Source: an uncultured Clostridia bacterium
Lineage (GTDB): Bacteria; Bacillota; Clostridia; Christensenellales; Aristaeellaceae
Direction: 5' to 3'
NCBI GenBank assembly: GCA_937907055.1
Contig: CALCTW010000072.1
Span: 1-20,889, forward strand
Length of the DNA stretch: 20,889 nt
Shown: in pieces, positions 1-7,893 of the stretch
How positions within the stretch are numbered: position 1 is the first letter of the stretch
Layout: the number at the start of each line of letters is the position of its first letter
Notes under the pieces: generated by a model
Seen by the model: the letters and a program-made list of their open reading frames with translations, nothing else
Told to the model about the DNA's origin: nothing
Databases searched by the model: none
Position numbers and translations under genes: made by a program

Positions 1-797
1 GCTGCCCCGTCTGCATCCGCTTCCTGGATCCCCCGCTCCATGAATTCGTTCCCACCGAGGAAGACGATATCAAGGCGCTGGCCGATGCCCAGGGCAAGAG
101 CGTTGAGTCCATCAAGGCTCTGATCTCCTCCCTGCATGAGTTCAACCCCATGATGGGTCACCGTGGCTGCCGTCTGGCCGTCACCTATCCCGAAATCGCC
201 AAGATGCAGACCAAGGCTGTCATCCGTGCCGCGATCAACGTGAAGAAGGCTCATCCCGATTGGAACATCAAGCCCGAGATCATGATCCCCCTCGTCTGCG
301 AAATCAAGGAACTCAAGTTCGTCAAGAACGTTGTCGTTGCGACCGCCGATGCTGAGATCGCCGCTTCCGATGTGAAGATCGAATATGAAGTCGGTACCAT
401 GATCGAGATCCCCCGTGCCGCTCTGACCGCTGATGAGATCGCCAAGGAAGCTGACTTCTTCTGCTTCGGTACCAACGACCTCACCCAGATGACCTTCGGC
501 TTCTCCCGTGACGATGCCGGCAAGTTCCTGAATGCTTACTATGACACCAAGATCTTCGAGAGCGATCCCTTCGCCCGTCTGGATCAGACCGGTGTTGGCA
601 AGCTGATGCAGATGGCCATCGCTCTGGGCCGTCCCGTCAATCCCAAGCTTCATGTCGGTATCTGCGGCGAACACGGCGGCGATCCTTCCTCCGTCGAATT
701 CTGCCACAAGATCGGTCTGGACTATGTGTCCTGCAGCCCCTTCCGTGTGCCGATCGCCCGTCTGGCCGCTGCTCAGGCCGCGATCAAGGATCTTTGA
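1..797 (+). CDS. ppdK: pyruvate, phosphate dikinase, C-terminal part (5' end lies outside the window; codon phase starts at nt 3)
   Basis: The frame is open from the window edge. The translation CPVCIRFLDPPLHEFVPTEED...NPMMGHRGCRLAVTYPEI...FFCFGTNDLTQMTFGFSRDD...HVGICGEHGGDPSSVEF carries the conserved motifs of the PEP/pyruvate-binding C-terminal domain of PPDK. The stop is TGA at 795-797. Strong C-ending codon bias is typical of a highly expressed gene. Confidence 0.93.
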   Translation, partial: CPVCIRFLDPPLHEFVPTEEDDIKALADAQGKSVESIKALISSLHEFNPMMGHRGCRLAVTYPEIAKMQTKAVIRAAINVKKAHPDWNIKPEIMIPLVCEIKELKFVKNVVVATADAEIAASDVKIEYEVGTMIEIPRAALTADEIAKEADFFCFGTNDLTQMTFGFSRDDAGKFLNAYYDTKIFESDPFARLDQTGVGKLMQMAIALGRPVNPKLHVGICGEHGGDPSSVEFCHKIGLDYVSCSPFRVPIARLAAAQAAIKDL

Positions 798-844
798 TTC
801 TTATCTCAGATCACGCGGATCGTAAGATCGCTTAAATGATCAGA

Positions 845-878
845 CCCCGGTTTGTGAAAGCAAACCGGGGCCTTTTTC
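845..878 (+). terminator. rho-independent terminator of ppdK
   Basis: A perfect 10-bp stem CCCCGGTTTG (845-854) / CAAACCGGGG (861-870) with a 6-nt loop, followed by CCTTTTTC. Confidence 0.85.
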
Positions 879-1089
879 ATGTCTTTATCCTTCGGTTCTT
901 TATGAAAGCCGGATGATAGAGGGGAGAGGGCTGTGCAATGAAGCCTGATGACCGGATCATGCCTTGAACAACTGGAATAAGAAAATTTCTTTGTCCATGC
1001 GGGATTGGCTATCATTGTGTGCTATAATACTTTTATCGATCCACTCAGCATAGCTTCATCTCTCATCTGCAAAGAAAGAAGGTCTCATT

Positions 1090-1788
1090 ATGAAGAAACT
1101 TTTATCCGTTTTACTCATCGCGCTCATCCTTGCCTCTGCCGGTGCCGTTGCCCAGGTCGAGCCGTATAACTGGCAGGATCAGATTGCTGTCGGTGACAAG
1201 GTGGATTGGCGTTCCATCCTGCAGTATTATCGCGATGATGATGATACGCGCCAGCTGATCTTTGTGAAATACACCGGCGGTTCCGAATGTGAGGTGCAGG
1301 TGTATATCAAGGATACTGCTCAGAATAACGCATGGACGAAGAGCCTGGTCTGCGCCGGTCTGGTCGGCCGAAACGGCGCGGGGCTGACTCATGAGGGCGG
1401 CGGAAGAACGCCGCTGGGTGTGTACGGCATCTCCACAGCCTTTGGCATCAAGGCTAATCCCGGCACCACAATGCCCTATATCGATGTCACACCCACCATT
1501 TATTGCTGTGATGAGGATACGGAGTACTACAACACCATCATCGATCTGAACGAAGTGGATCATGACTGCCACGGCGAATAGATGTTCAAATACAGCCCGG
1601 AATACAACTACGGCATGTTCATGGACTACAACGCAGAATGTACGCCCGGCAAGGGCAGCGCCATCTTCTTCCACTGCGACGGCGCGCGTGATTACACCGG
1701 CGGCTGCGTGGCCGTGAGCGAGGAAAACATGATATGGATCCTGCAAAATTGTGATTCCGGCGTAAAGGTTTGCGTGTTCAATAAGTAA
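1090..1788 (+). CDS. secreted YkuD-type L,D-transpeptidase family protein, one frame interrupted only by an in-frame TAG at 1579-1581
   Basis: A GAAGG RBS precedes ATG 1090. The signal peptide is MKKLLSVLLIALILASAGAVAQ. Under the standard code the gene splits into 1090-1581 and 1582-1788, which share one frame. The downstream piece carries the catalytic motif GKGSAIFFHCDGARDYTGGCVAVSEE (H...GC). It has no RBS and no signal peptide of its own. The final stop is TAA at 1786-1788. Confidence 0.8.
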
Positions 1789-1806
1789 CTCCATCAGGCA
1801 ATGCGT

Positions 1807-1848
1807 CAGCGGCAGATGATTTTCGGTCATCTGCCGCTGCTTTTTTTG
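1807..1848 (+). terminator. rho-independent terminator
   Basis: Stem CAGCGGCAGATG (1807-1818) / CATCTGCCGCTG (1828-1839), followed by CTTTTTTT. Confidence 0.85.
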
Positions 1849-1966
1849 ATCAGATGGGGCCTGCGGCGTGCCCGCAACCTCAAAATGCCGCCATTCAGAT
1901 ATCTTTCGCTGCTCCTGTGTTTGTAGAGGTTGATAAGGCCGAATTGTAAACAAATCAACAGATCGG

Positions 1967-2017
1967 TTGACAAAATAGTAGACATGTGTATACTAATTTA
2001 TGTAGACAGTTGTTTAC
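1967..2017 (+). promoter_or_regulatory. sigma-A type promoter with two BlaI/MecI/CopY-like inverted-repeat operators
   Basis: TTGACA (1967-1972), a 16-nt spacer, then TATACT (1989-1994) preceded by TG. There are two 16-bp inverted repeats of the form GTAnACA-N2-TGTnTAC: GTAGACAtgTGTATAC (1978-1993, overlapping the -10) and GTAGACAgtTGTTTAC (2002-2017). They resemble the TACA/TGTA operators of this repressor family. Confidence 0.6.
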
Positions 2018-2036
2018 CTTTTATGAAAGGAGAATC

Positions 2037-2408
2037 ATGATGCCGATTCAATGTACCGAAGCTGAATGGAAGATCCTTGAGGTCCTGTGGGACCGTGCTC
2101 CGCGCACCATTGCCGAGATCACCAAAGCATTGGAGGAAAAGACAGGCTGGTCCCGTCATGTGATCATCACACTGCTCAAGCGAATGGAAGAGAAGGGAAC
2201 TGTGGTTGTTGACGAAACCGGGCCTGCCAAACGTTATTCGCCCAAGGTCAGCCAGCAGGAGGCCAACACAGAGGAGACCGGAAAATTCCTTTCTCATGTG
2301 TTCAAGGGCGATGTTTCCCTGCTGATCAACCATCTTGTTGACACCGATCGTATCACGGCGAATGATCTGCAACAGATCGTCGATCTGATCCGTGAAAAAG
2401 GAAAGTGA
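2037..2408 (+). CDS. BlaI/MecI/CopY-family winged-helix transcriptional repressor
   Basis: An AAGGAG RBS lies 4 nt before ATG 2037. The translation MMPIQCTEAEWKILEVLWDRAPRTIAEITKALEEKTGWSRHVIITLLKRMEEKGTV...YSPKVSQ is typical of the family. The gene lies immediately upstream of an M56 peptidase gene. The stop is TGA. Confidence 0.88.
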   Translation: MMPIQCTEAEWKILEVLWDRAPRTIAEITKALEEKTGWSRHVIITLLKRMEEKGTVVVDETGPAKRYSPKVSQQEANTEETGKFLSHVFKGDVSLLINHLVDTDRITANDLQQIVDLIREKGK

Positions 2409-2424
2409 CATTACGGAGGTTTGT

Positions 2425-4026
2425 ATGCGAACCGCACTTTTATTCAACTTCCTGATCGAAGCCACGATCATGGCTTCGATCGCGATCGTCCTGATGATGC
2501 TCCTGCGCAAGACGCTCCGCAATCCGCTTGGAAATAAGGCGATCTGCTTCGGCTGGCTGCTGATCGCGGCAAGATTGCTTCTGCCGATCAGCATTGTCAA
2601 TCCGTGGATCTCCTCCATCCGTTCGCCGTTTTCTTCGGATGCCGCCATTCGGCCCATCGCGGGGCAGATCGTTGTGCGCACACGCGATACGCTCTCCGGG
2701 GTCAGAGACCTGTTTTCTCAATCGGGAAATTCCGCGGGCACGGGCATGATGGATCGCGCCATCATGGAGATCGATTACGGCAATGCCGGGCTGATCCTGA
2801 TGCGCGTTTACCTGATCGGGATGGCGGCTGTACTCATATGGTTCATGATCCGCAATGTACAATTCCGATTGAAATTGCGCGCGGCCCTGATCGAGCCGGT
2901 TTCGGGAAAACTGCTGGAGCAGTACAGGGAAGTCTGCCTGCAAAGAGGTGTGAAGCCGATCCCGGTCATTTTCGCCGATCCTTTACCCAGTGCCTGCCTT
3001 GTCGGTGTGTTTCGTCCTTATATCGCGTTGCCGCTCACCGCTTCGCCAGCGGAGGTCATCCATGTGCTCACCCATGAGATCTGTCATCTGAAAAACAAAG
3101 ATCATCTTTGGAGCCTTCTGCGGTTGGCCTGCTGTGCGGTGCATTGGTTCAATCCTCTTGTCTGGATCGCGGCCGATATGAGCCGCACCGATACAGAGCT
3201 TCGCTGTGACGACCGCGTGGCGGCGCCGCTGAATGAGGAACAGCGAACGGCCTACGCCAATGTCCTTGTGCTTGCGGCGGCACGCCGAAGCGCGCCCGGT
3301 GTAGCGGTACTTGCGACCGGCATGACCATGACCGGCAAAAAGCTGAAGACACGTGTAATGACGGTCCTGCGCGGTGAACAAACGCACAGAGGGCTTGTTA
3401 TCGCGTTCTGCGTGCTGTCCACACTGTGTCTGATCTGCGCGTTCGCGACTTCTGAACTGCCGCTGCAGATCAGCAGACTGGGCACCACGGACGAAATGCC
3501 CCATTTTGTCACACAGGGCATGCAAGGCAATGTTCATCTGACAGACTCGGATGCCGCCGCGGCGTACGCGCTTGATCTGTGGCAGAATGTCCTCGGAGGG
3601 GCCGAGGCCGTTATCTCAGTAGATCCCTACGAAAATCGATATCAGGTACACGCGTTTGAAACTGATACCGCTGTGACATGGCAGATGCTCATGACCGATA
3701 CCGGGATCGTTGTCGATTATACGGCCTCATTCCCCGATCCGGACATCGCGAAGGACCTGAACGGGGAAAAACTGCAGGATCAGAAAAGCGAGATCAGTCA
3801 AGCCCGAGATTTCATGATGCCGCTCATTGAGCGTCTCGCCCCGGGGATCACCGGACGGATCTCCGAGATCTACAACGATTCCGTGACGGTCGTCGGCGAA
3901 GCGCATTATTTCTATTTTGTACTCAAACGCGCGGACGGGGATGAAAACAGCGCTTACGCGATCGTGCGCAAAGCGCCGGACAGCACCCTTCGCCTGATCT
4001 GGTTCTCAACGGAAGGGAACGGATGA
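2425..4026 (+). CDS. BlaR1-like M56-family membrane metalloprotease / signal transducer with a non-PBP extracellular C-terminal domain
   Basis: A GGAGG RBS precedes ATG 2425. The N-terminal part contains several hydrophobic TM segments and the HEXXH zinc motif in LTHEICHLKNKDH. After the last TM segment (VIAFCVLSTLCLICAFA) there is a ~190-aa domain. I could not recognise penicillin-binding SxxK or KTG motifs in it. The stop is TGA. Confidence 0.85.
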   Translation: MRTALLFNFLIEATIMASIAIVLMMLLRKTLRNPLGNKAICFGWLLIAARLLLPISIVNPWISSIRSPFSSDAAIRPIAGQIVVRTRDTLSGVRDLFSQSGNSAGTGMMDRAIMEIDYGNAGLILMRVYLIGMAAVLIWFMIRNVQFRLKLRAALIEPVSGKLLEQYREVCLQRGVKPIPVIFADPLPSACLVGVFRPYIALPLTASPAEVIHVLTHEICHLKNKDHLWSLLRLACCAVHWFNPLVWIAADMSRTDTELRCDDRVAAPLNEEQRTAYANVLVLAAARRSAPGVAVLATGMTMTGKKLKTRVMTVLRGEQTHRGLVIAFCVLSTLCLICAFATSELPLQISRLGTTDEMPHFVTQGMQGNVHLTDSDAAAAYALDLWQNVLGGAEAVISVDPYENRYQVHAFETDTAVTWQMLMTDTGIVVDYTASFPDPDIAKDLNGEKLQDQKSEISQARDFMMPLIERLAPGITGRISEIYNDSVTVVGEAHYFYFVLKRADGDENSAYAIVRKAPDSTLRLIWFSTEGNG

Positions 4027-4057
4027 CCGGATATCAGAATGTTCATACAGGAGAAAA

Positions 4058-5527
4058 ATGATGAAGAAATTTATATTTTGCGTTCTTATCCTATTGGCGG
4101 TCTTTCTGCCGGTCTGCGCGGTCTACGCGGAGGGCGGCTATATCGAGTTTATGCCGCAGGTCGTTGCGGATCAATTGGAAAAACTCGGTGTCCGCAAGGA
4201 AAACTATGAGGACATCGTGATCTTGGATCAGGTAGAAACCTCCGATTGCCGGTCTCATCTTTTTGTGCTGGCCGGTAATGACGGCACACATCACACCGTC
4301 TATCATTTCACCAACATCGAGACCGATGAAAACGCCTATCTTCACTGGGTATATCAGGCGTGCTATGATCAGCTGGCACCGCAGGGAGAAGGAACGGTTT
4401 GTTTTTACAGGCATGAGCATTATGACCGCTATGGTGAAAACGGAAATGTGCAGCTTTATGATGACCCCAATGGGTTCATGATCTATCGGATCGATCCCGA
4501 GGATCCCGAGACATATATTCAGGGCGTCAATGTGCATGTGATCGATCGGCAATTTCAGATCATGGCATGGTTTGACAAGAGCGTTTCCCCGGTCTGCAGC
4601 GCTTATATTCAGAATGGAAAGCTGCATTATGGTGATAACGAAACCGGAAAAAGCTATGGAACGGTGAAATTGTATCGTGTTTTTGATCTGAATGTCGCCT
4701 TCAGCAGTCTGCCCAAGACCTATCGGAAGGCTTCGGAGAAGTATACCGATCCTGCCGCGATCCCACACGGTGAACTTAAGGCGGAGCTGGTCAAATTCGT
4801 ATCAAACAAAAAGTACGCGGTTTATTCCGCACCGGATCAGAACTCGCTTCGGGCGGCCAAGGGAAAGGCTGTGGTTTCGACCAATGACTGGATCCAGGTA
4901 TTCGGTCGGGAGAAGGATTGGATCCTGATCCAATATGCCATCGATAAGGATCATTACCGCTTCGGCTATATTTCCGCCGACGCGCTACCCAAGAAAACCA
5001 CTGTGAAGCAGTTGGATCTTCGATATACAAGCGCGTATACGAAAGGCCGCGTATCGGTGACGGATGATCCTTTGTATTCCGGTGCTGAACTGGTCAGCCT
5101 GCCGGAAGGCAGCCGCGTGACATGGCTCGCGACGATGGGCGAATGGGCTTATATCGAGAGCAGTAACGGCGATCGGCTGCGCGGTTTTGTTCCGCTGTCC
5201 GCGCTTCGGACAGAACAGGTGTTTGAATTGCGGAACTATCCGGGTGAAAACGGCCCTGTGTATGACGGTGATCTGATCATCCGCGCCGATCAAACCTTCA
5301 GCGCGTCCTTCACGGTCGTGCAGTCCGGGCCGCTCGGTAATGCCGCTGTGTCCGCTGTGTTTTTGGTCGATCCTGAAGGGAACGCACTGGGGACAGCCGC
5401 GTTCGATGCGCGTGAGAACGATTTCTTTTGTACCGGTGTGATCGATGATTCCGTTACTGTCATCCGCTTCGTTGCCGTCAATGCGGACGGTGATCCGCTG
5501 GATCATTCCGTTTCTGTACAATGGTAA
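4058..5527 (+). CDS. secreted protein with two C-terminal SH3b-like repeats; N-terminal domain unknown
   Basis: A GGAGA RBS precedes the start. The signal peptide is MMKKFIFCVLILLAVFLPVCAVYA. SH3b-like segments include YAVYSAPDQNSLRAAKGKAVVSTNDWIQVFGREKDWILIQY...GYISADAL and RVSVTDDPLYSGAELVSLPEGSRVTWLATMGEWAYIESSNGDRLRGFVPLSAL. The stop is TAA. Confidence 0.75.
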   Translation: MMKKFIFCVLILLAVFLPVCAVYAEGGYIEFMPQVVADQLEKLGVRKENYEDIVILDQVETSDCRSHLFVLAGNDGTHHTVYHFTNIETDENAYLHWVYQACYDQLAPQGEGTVCFYRHEHYDRYGENGNVQLYDDPNGFMIYRIDPEDPETYIQGVNVHVIDRQFQIMAWFDKSVSPVCSAYIQNGKLHYGDNETGKSYGTVKLYRVFDLNVAFSSLPKTYRKASEKYTDPAAIPHGELKAELVKFVSNKKYAVYSAPDQNSLRAAKGKAVVSTNDWIQVFGREKDWILIQYAIDKDHYRFGYISADALPKKTTVKQLDLRYTSAYTKGRVSVTDDPLYSGAELVSLPEGSRVTWLATMGEWAYIESSNGDRLRGFVPLSALRTEQVFELRNYPGENGPVYDGDLIIRADQTFSASFTVVQSGPLGNAAVSAVFLVDPEGNALGTAAFDARENDFFCTGVIDDSVTVIRFVAVNADGDPLDHSVSVQW

Positions 5528-5563
5528 CAGAAATATGGACTTTGTTGCGACAAGGAGGTATCT

Positions 5564-7285
5564 ATGAAACGGCTCGTGATGATCGTATTCGGTCTGATGA
5601 TGCTTTGCGTGGCAGCCAAGGCGGATGTTTTTGATCCGGAGGCCTATGCGCGGATCACATTGACGGAACGGTTCGGCTATACGGAGGAAGAGGCGTCACG
5701 ATTTGTTTTTGAAAATAAACAAGAGGGTCTGCTTCAGTATCATGATGCCGATCATGCCGATCGTGTCTATCAACTGACCTATACAGTCAACGGTCCGATC
5801 TGCGCTGTTTCTCCGTATGAAACGGATTTCAGCTCTTATCCCGGTGAATACGCGGTCCGGGACACCCTGCGGCAGGCCGAGAAGGAAAACTGGTTTTCGC
5901 AGTGGAACGCGGAGCATCGTGACGCTTTGCTGGCGTGGATGGATTCCGATCACCACAGCATGATGGTCAGAAGGGCGTTTGAAAACATTCTCTACAGCGA
6001 ATTGACCGATACAGCGCAGGTCATTCAAGGCTTTTTCCTGAATTGCTACGGGGACGAATCGGAATGGTCTCCTGCTTTATACGCGTGGCGGGATGAAGTG
6101 CTGGCGGCTTATGGTATATCACCGGACGCGCTGACTCGTTATCCCGAAGAGGGCATCACGCGCTACAGTATCGTAAAGGGCTTTTATATCGGAAAGACGG
6201 AAGTCTGTGAATTCAAAGGCGTGGTCCCGGATGAATTGACTCCTGTATTTTCACAGGAGTCGAGGCTTGAAGGATGGAACTGTCTTTGCGGTACCGTATT
6301 GCGATTGGATGCTCCGCTCGCGGGCAGGCCGGACGCGTACGGCATGGCGGCCTTTGAAAAAGACGGCGAAAGGATGCTTGTGATCATGGATCATGATCAC
6401 GATCGATGGTATCTCACGTTTCCCGGGAAAAGGTCACTGTATCAGGGCGATGAGCGGGAACTGTCGATCCGGGCGCATGAACTGAGCGGAACGTACTTCG
6501 TTTTGAGCTACAAGGGCACGGAAGGAACTGAATCGTTCTATCTGAGTGTCGTTGCGGAAACGGATGACCTGCTCGGCCATTACGCGCTGTGCCGCGTTGA
6601 ACGCTGTCGGTTGATCTCGGCAGAAGGAAAGGGTACAAGCTGGATCATTCCGGATGAGCCATACGGCAAGTGGACATATATCACACAGAAGGATGATCAT
6701 GTCTCAAAGGAAACGATCACCGTTGATCATCCGTGTTGGCTGGGGCTGCGTGACATGACGGACTTCCCGGTCACGCTCGAAAAAGGAAGGGCGCTTCCGT
6801 CTCCCTTGCCCGATGACTGCCGGATGACGACCGCCGTGCATCTGCGCAGAGATCACAACAGTCATTCTGAGGACATGGGAACGCTGCTTGATGGGACCGT
6901 CATTCGGGTCAAGTCCCGCGTGGCCGGAGATCCGTATGACTGGTTTCAAACGGATATCGGTCTGCTGAAGGGATATGTCAACACGCTGTATACCGATGTT
7001 TCCTTCGGGAATGCCAATCTATCCACGACACGCCCGCTCCCTGTGGCACAGTGCGAAAAAACAATACAATTGAGATCATCGGCCGGCTGGATCAGTACCG
7101 CGGTGGGCGATTTCCCGGCAGGTACAAGGATGCATGTCATCATGCGCCGTGGCGACTGGCTGTATGTCGTTGTTCCGCGCGGCGAGATCGATTGGCTCAT
7201 GGATGTAGACGGCACCTACGGCTGGATCCGCAGGGGAGATGTTCGTGTCGCCGCCATGCCGGTTTATTTGAATACGGAACCATGA
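5564..7285 (+). CDS. secreted protein with C-terminal SH3b-like repeats; N-terminal domains unknown
   Basis: An AAGGAGG RBS precedes the start. The signal peptide is MKRLVMIVFGLMMLCVAAKA. SH3b-like C-terminal segments include AVHLRRDHNSHSEDMGTLLDGTVIRVKSRVAGDPYDWFQTDIGLLKGYV and IQLRSSAGWISTAVGDFPAGTRMHVIMRRGDWLYVVV...GWIRRGDV. The stop is TGA. Confidence 0.75.
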   Translation: MKRLVMIVFGLMMLCVAAKADVFDPEAYARITLTERFGYTEEEASRFVFENKQEGLLQYHDADHADRVYQLTYTVNGPICAVSPYETDFSSYPGEYAVRDTLRQAEKENWFSQWNAEHRDALLAWMDSDHHSMMVRRAFENILYSELTDTAQVIQGFFLNCYGDESEWSPALYAWRDEVLAAYGISPDALTRYPEEGITRYSIVKGFYIGKTEVCEFKGVVPDELTPVFSQESRLEGWNCLCGTVLRLDAPLAGRPDAYGMAAFEKDGERMLVIMDHDHDRWYLTFPGKRSLYQGDERELSIRAHELSGTYFVLSYKGTEGTESFYLSVVAETDDLLGHYALCRVERCRLISAEGKGTSWIIPDEPYGKWTYITQKDDHVSKETITVDHPCWLGLRDMTDFPVTLEKGRALPSPLPDDCRMTTAVHLRRDHNSHSEDMGTLLDGTVIRVKSRVAGDPYDWFQTDIGLLKGYVNTLYTDVSFGNANLSTTRPLPVAQCEKTIQLRSSAGWISTAVGDFPAGTRMHVIMRRGDWLYVVVPRGEIDWLMDVDGTYGWIRRGDVRVAAMPVYLNTEP

Positions 7286-7324
7286 TCATAAACGCGCCGT
7301 GAGGCGTCAAAAAAGAGGAGAAAA

Positions 7325-7795
7325 ATGCAGAAAGACCAACGACAGCATTTCGCAAACTGGCAGCATCTTTATGATCAGTACGCGACCGATATCCTTCGGA
7401 CCTGTTATCTGCTTTTGAAGGATAAGGACGCGGCGGAGATCGCTGTACAGGAAACTTTCATTCAGATCGGATGCGGAAGCGGATATCTGGCACCGGGAAA
7501 CATGATCAGCGAAAAGGCCTGCCTTCTGCAGATCGCGATGGATCATTGCCGGGGATTATCGGGAAAATCAACGAGCGGATCCCCGGATCTGTATAAAACC
7601 GTCAGTCATGGCGGCGAAGAAGAGCGCCTGCTCAGAGGGATCGTCGGGCTGGATGATAAGCTTCGGCAGACCACTTTGCTTTTCTATTATCAGCAGCTGA
7701 CCATGCGTGAAGTCGCTTACGTGCAGCGCTCCTCGGTGTGGCTCGTAAAGCTTCGCCTCTTTCAGGCGGTCAGGCAATTGCGTATGCTTGCCTGA
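7325..7795 (+). CDS. small sigma-70 family (ECF-like) RNA polymerase sigma factor
   Basis: An AGAGGAG RBS precedes the start. A region-2-like segment is LYDQYATDILRTCYLLLKDKDAAEIAVQETFIQ. A region-4 helix-turn-helix-like segment is LRQTTLLFYYQQLTMREVAYVQRSSVWLVKLRLFQAVRQL. The stop is TGA. Confidence 0.7.
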   Translation: MQKDQRQHFANWQHLYDQYATDILRTCYLLLKDKDAAEIAVQETFIQIGCGSGYLAPGNMISEKACLLQIAMDHCRGLSGKSTSGSPDLYKTVSHGGEEERLLRGIVGLDDKLRQTTLLFYYQQLTMREVAYVQRSSVWLVKLRLFQAVRQLRMLA

Positions 7796-7893
7796 AGATT
7801 TCCTTTGTAACAATTGATAAGAGCACAGTCTGAGGTGTTAAAAAGCGCTCCGGAAAACAGAGTTTCATTCTTGGGGAAGGATCGAAAAAGGAA

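Noticed and set aside
798-1089. Possible regulatory RNA or small gene between ppdK and the L,D-transpeptidase gene (includes the 69-aa minus-strand ORF 806-1015).
   Set aside because: I could see only the ppdK terminator and a plausible extended -10 promoter (TGcTATAAT, with TATAAT at 1023-1028). The ORF has no RBS and overlaps the terminator hairpin.
1111-1953. 280-aa minus-strand ORF overlapping the L,D-transpeptidase gene.
   Set aside because: It is antisense to a gene with clear signal-peptide and catalytic motifs. It has no RBS and an Ala/Gly/His-rich, featureless translation.
1998-2681. 227-aa minus-strand ORF across blaI and the start of the blaR1-like gene, plus several other 60-180-aa antisense or out-of-frame ORFs between 2440 and 3540.
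   Set aside because: All overlap well-supported plus-strand genes and have no start signals. Their Arg/Gly/His-rich composition is typical of off-frame GC-rich DNA.
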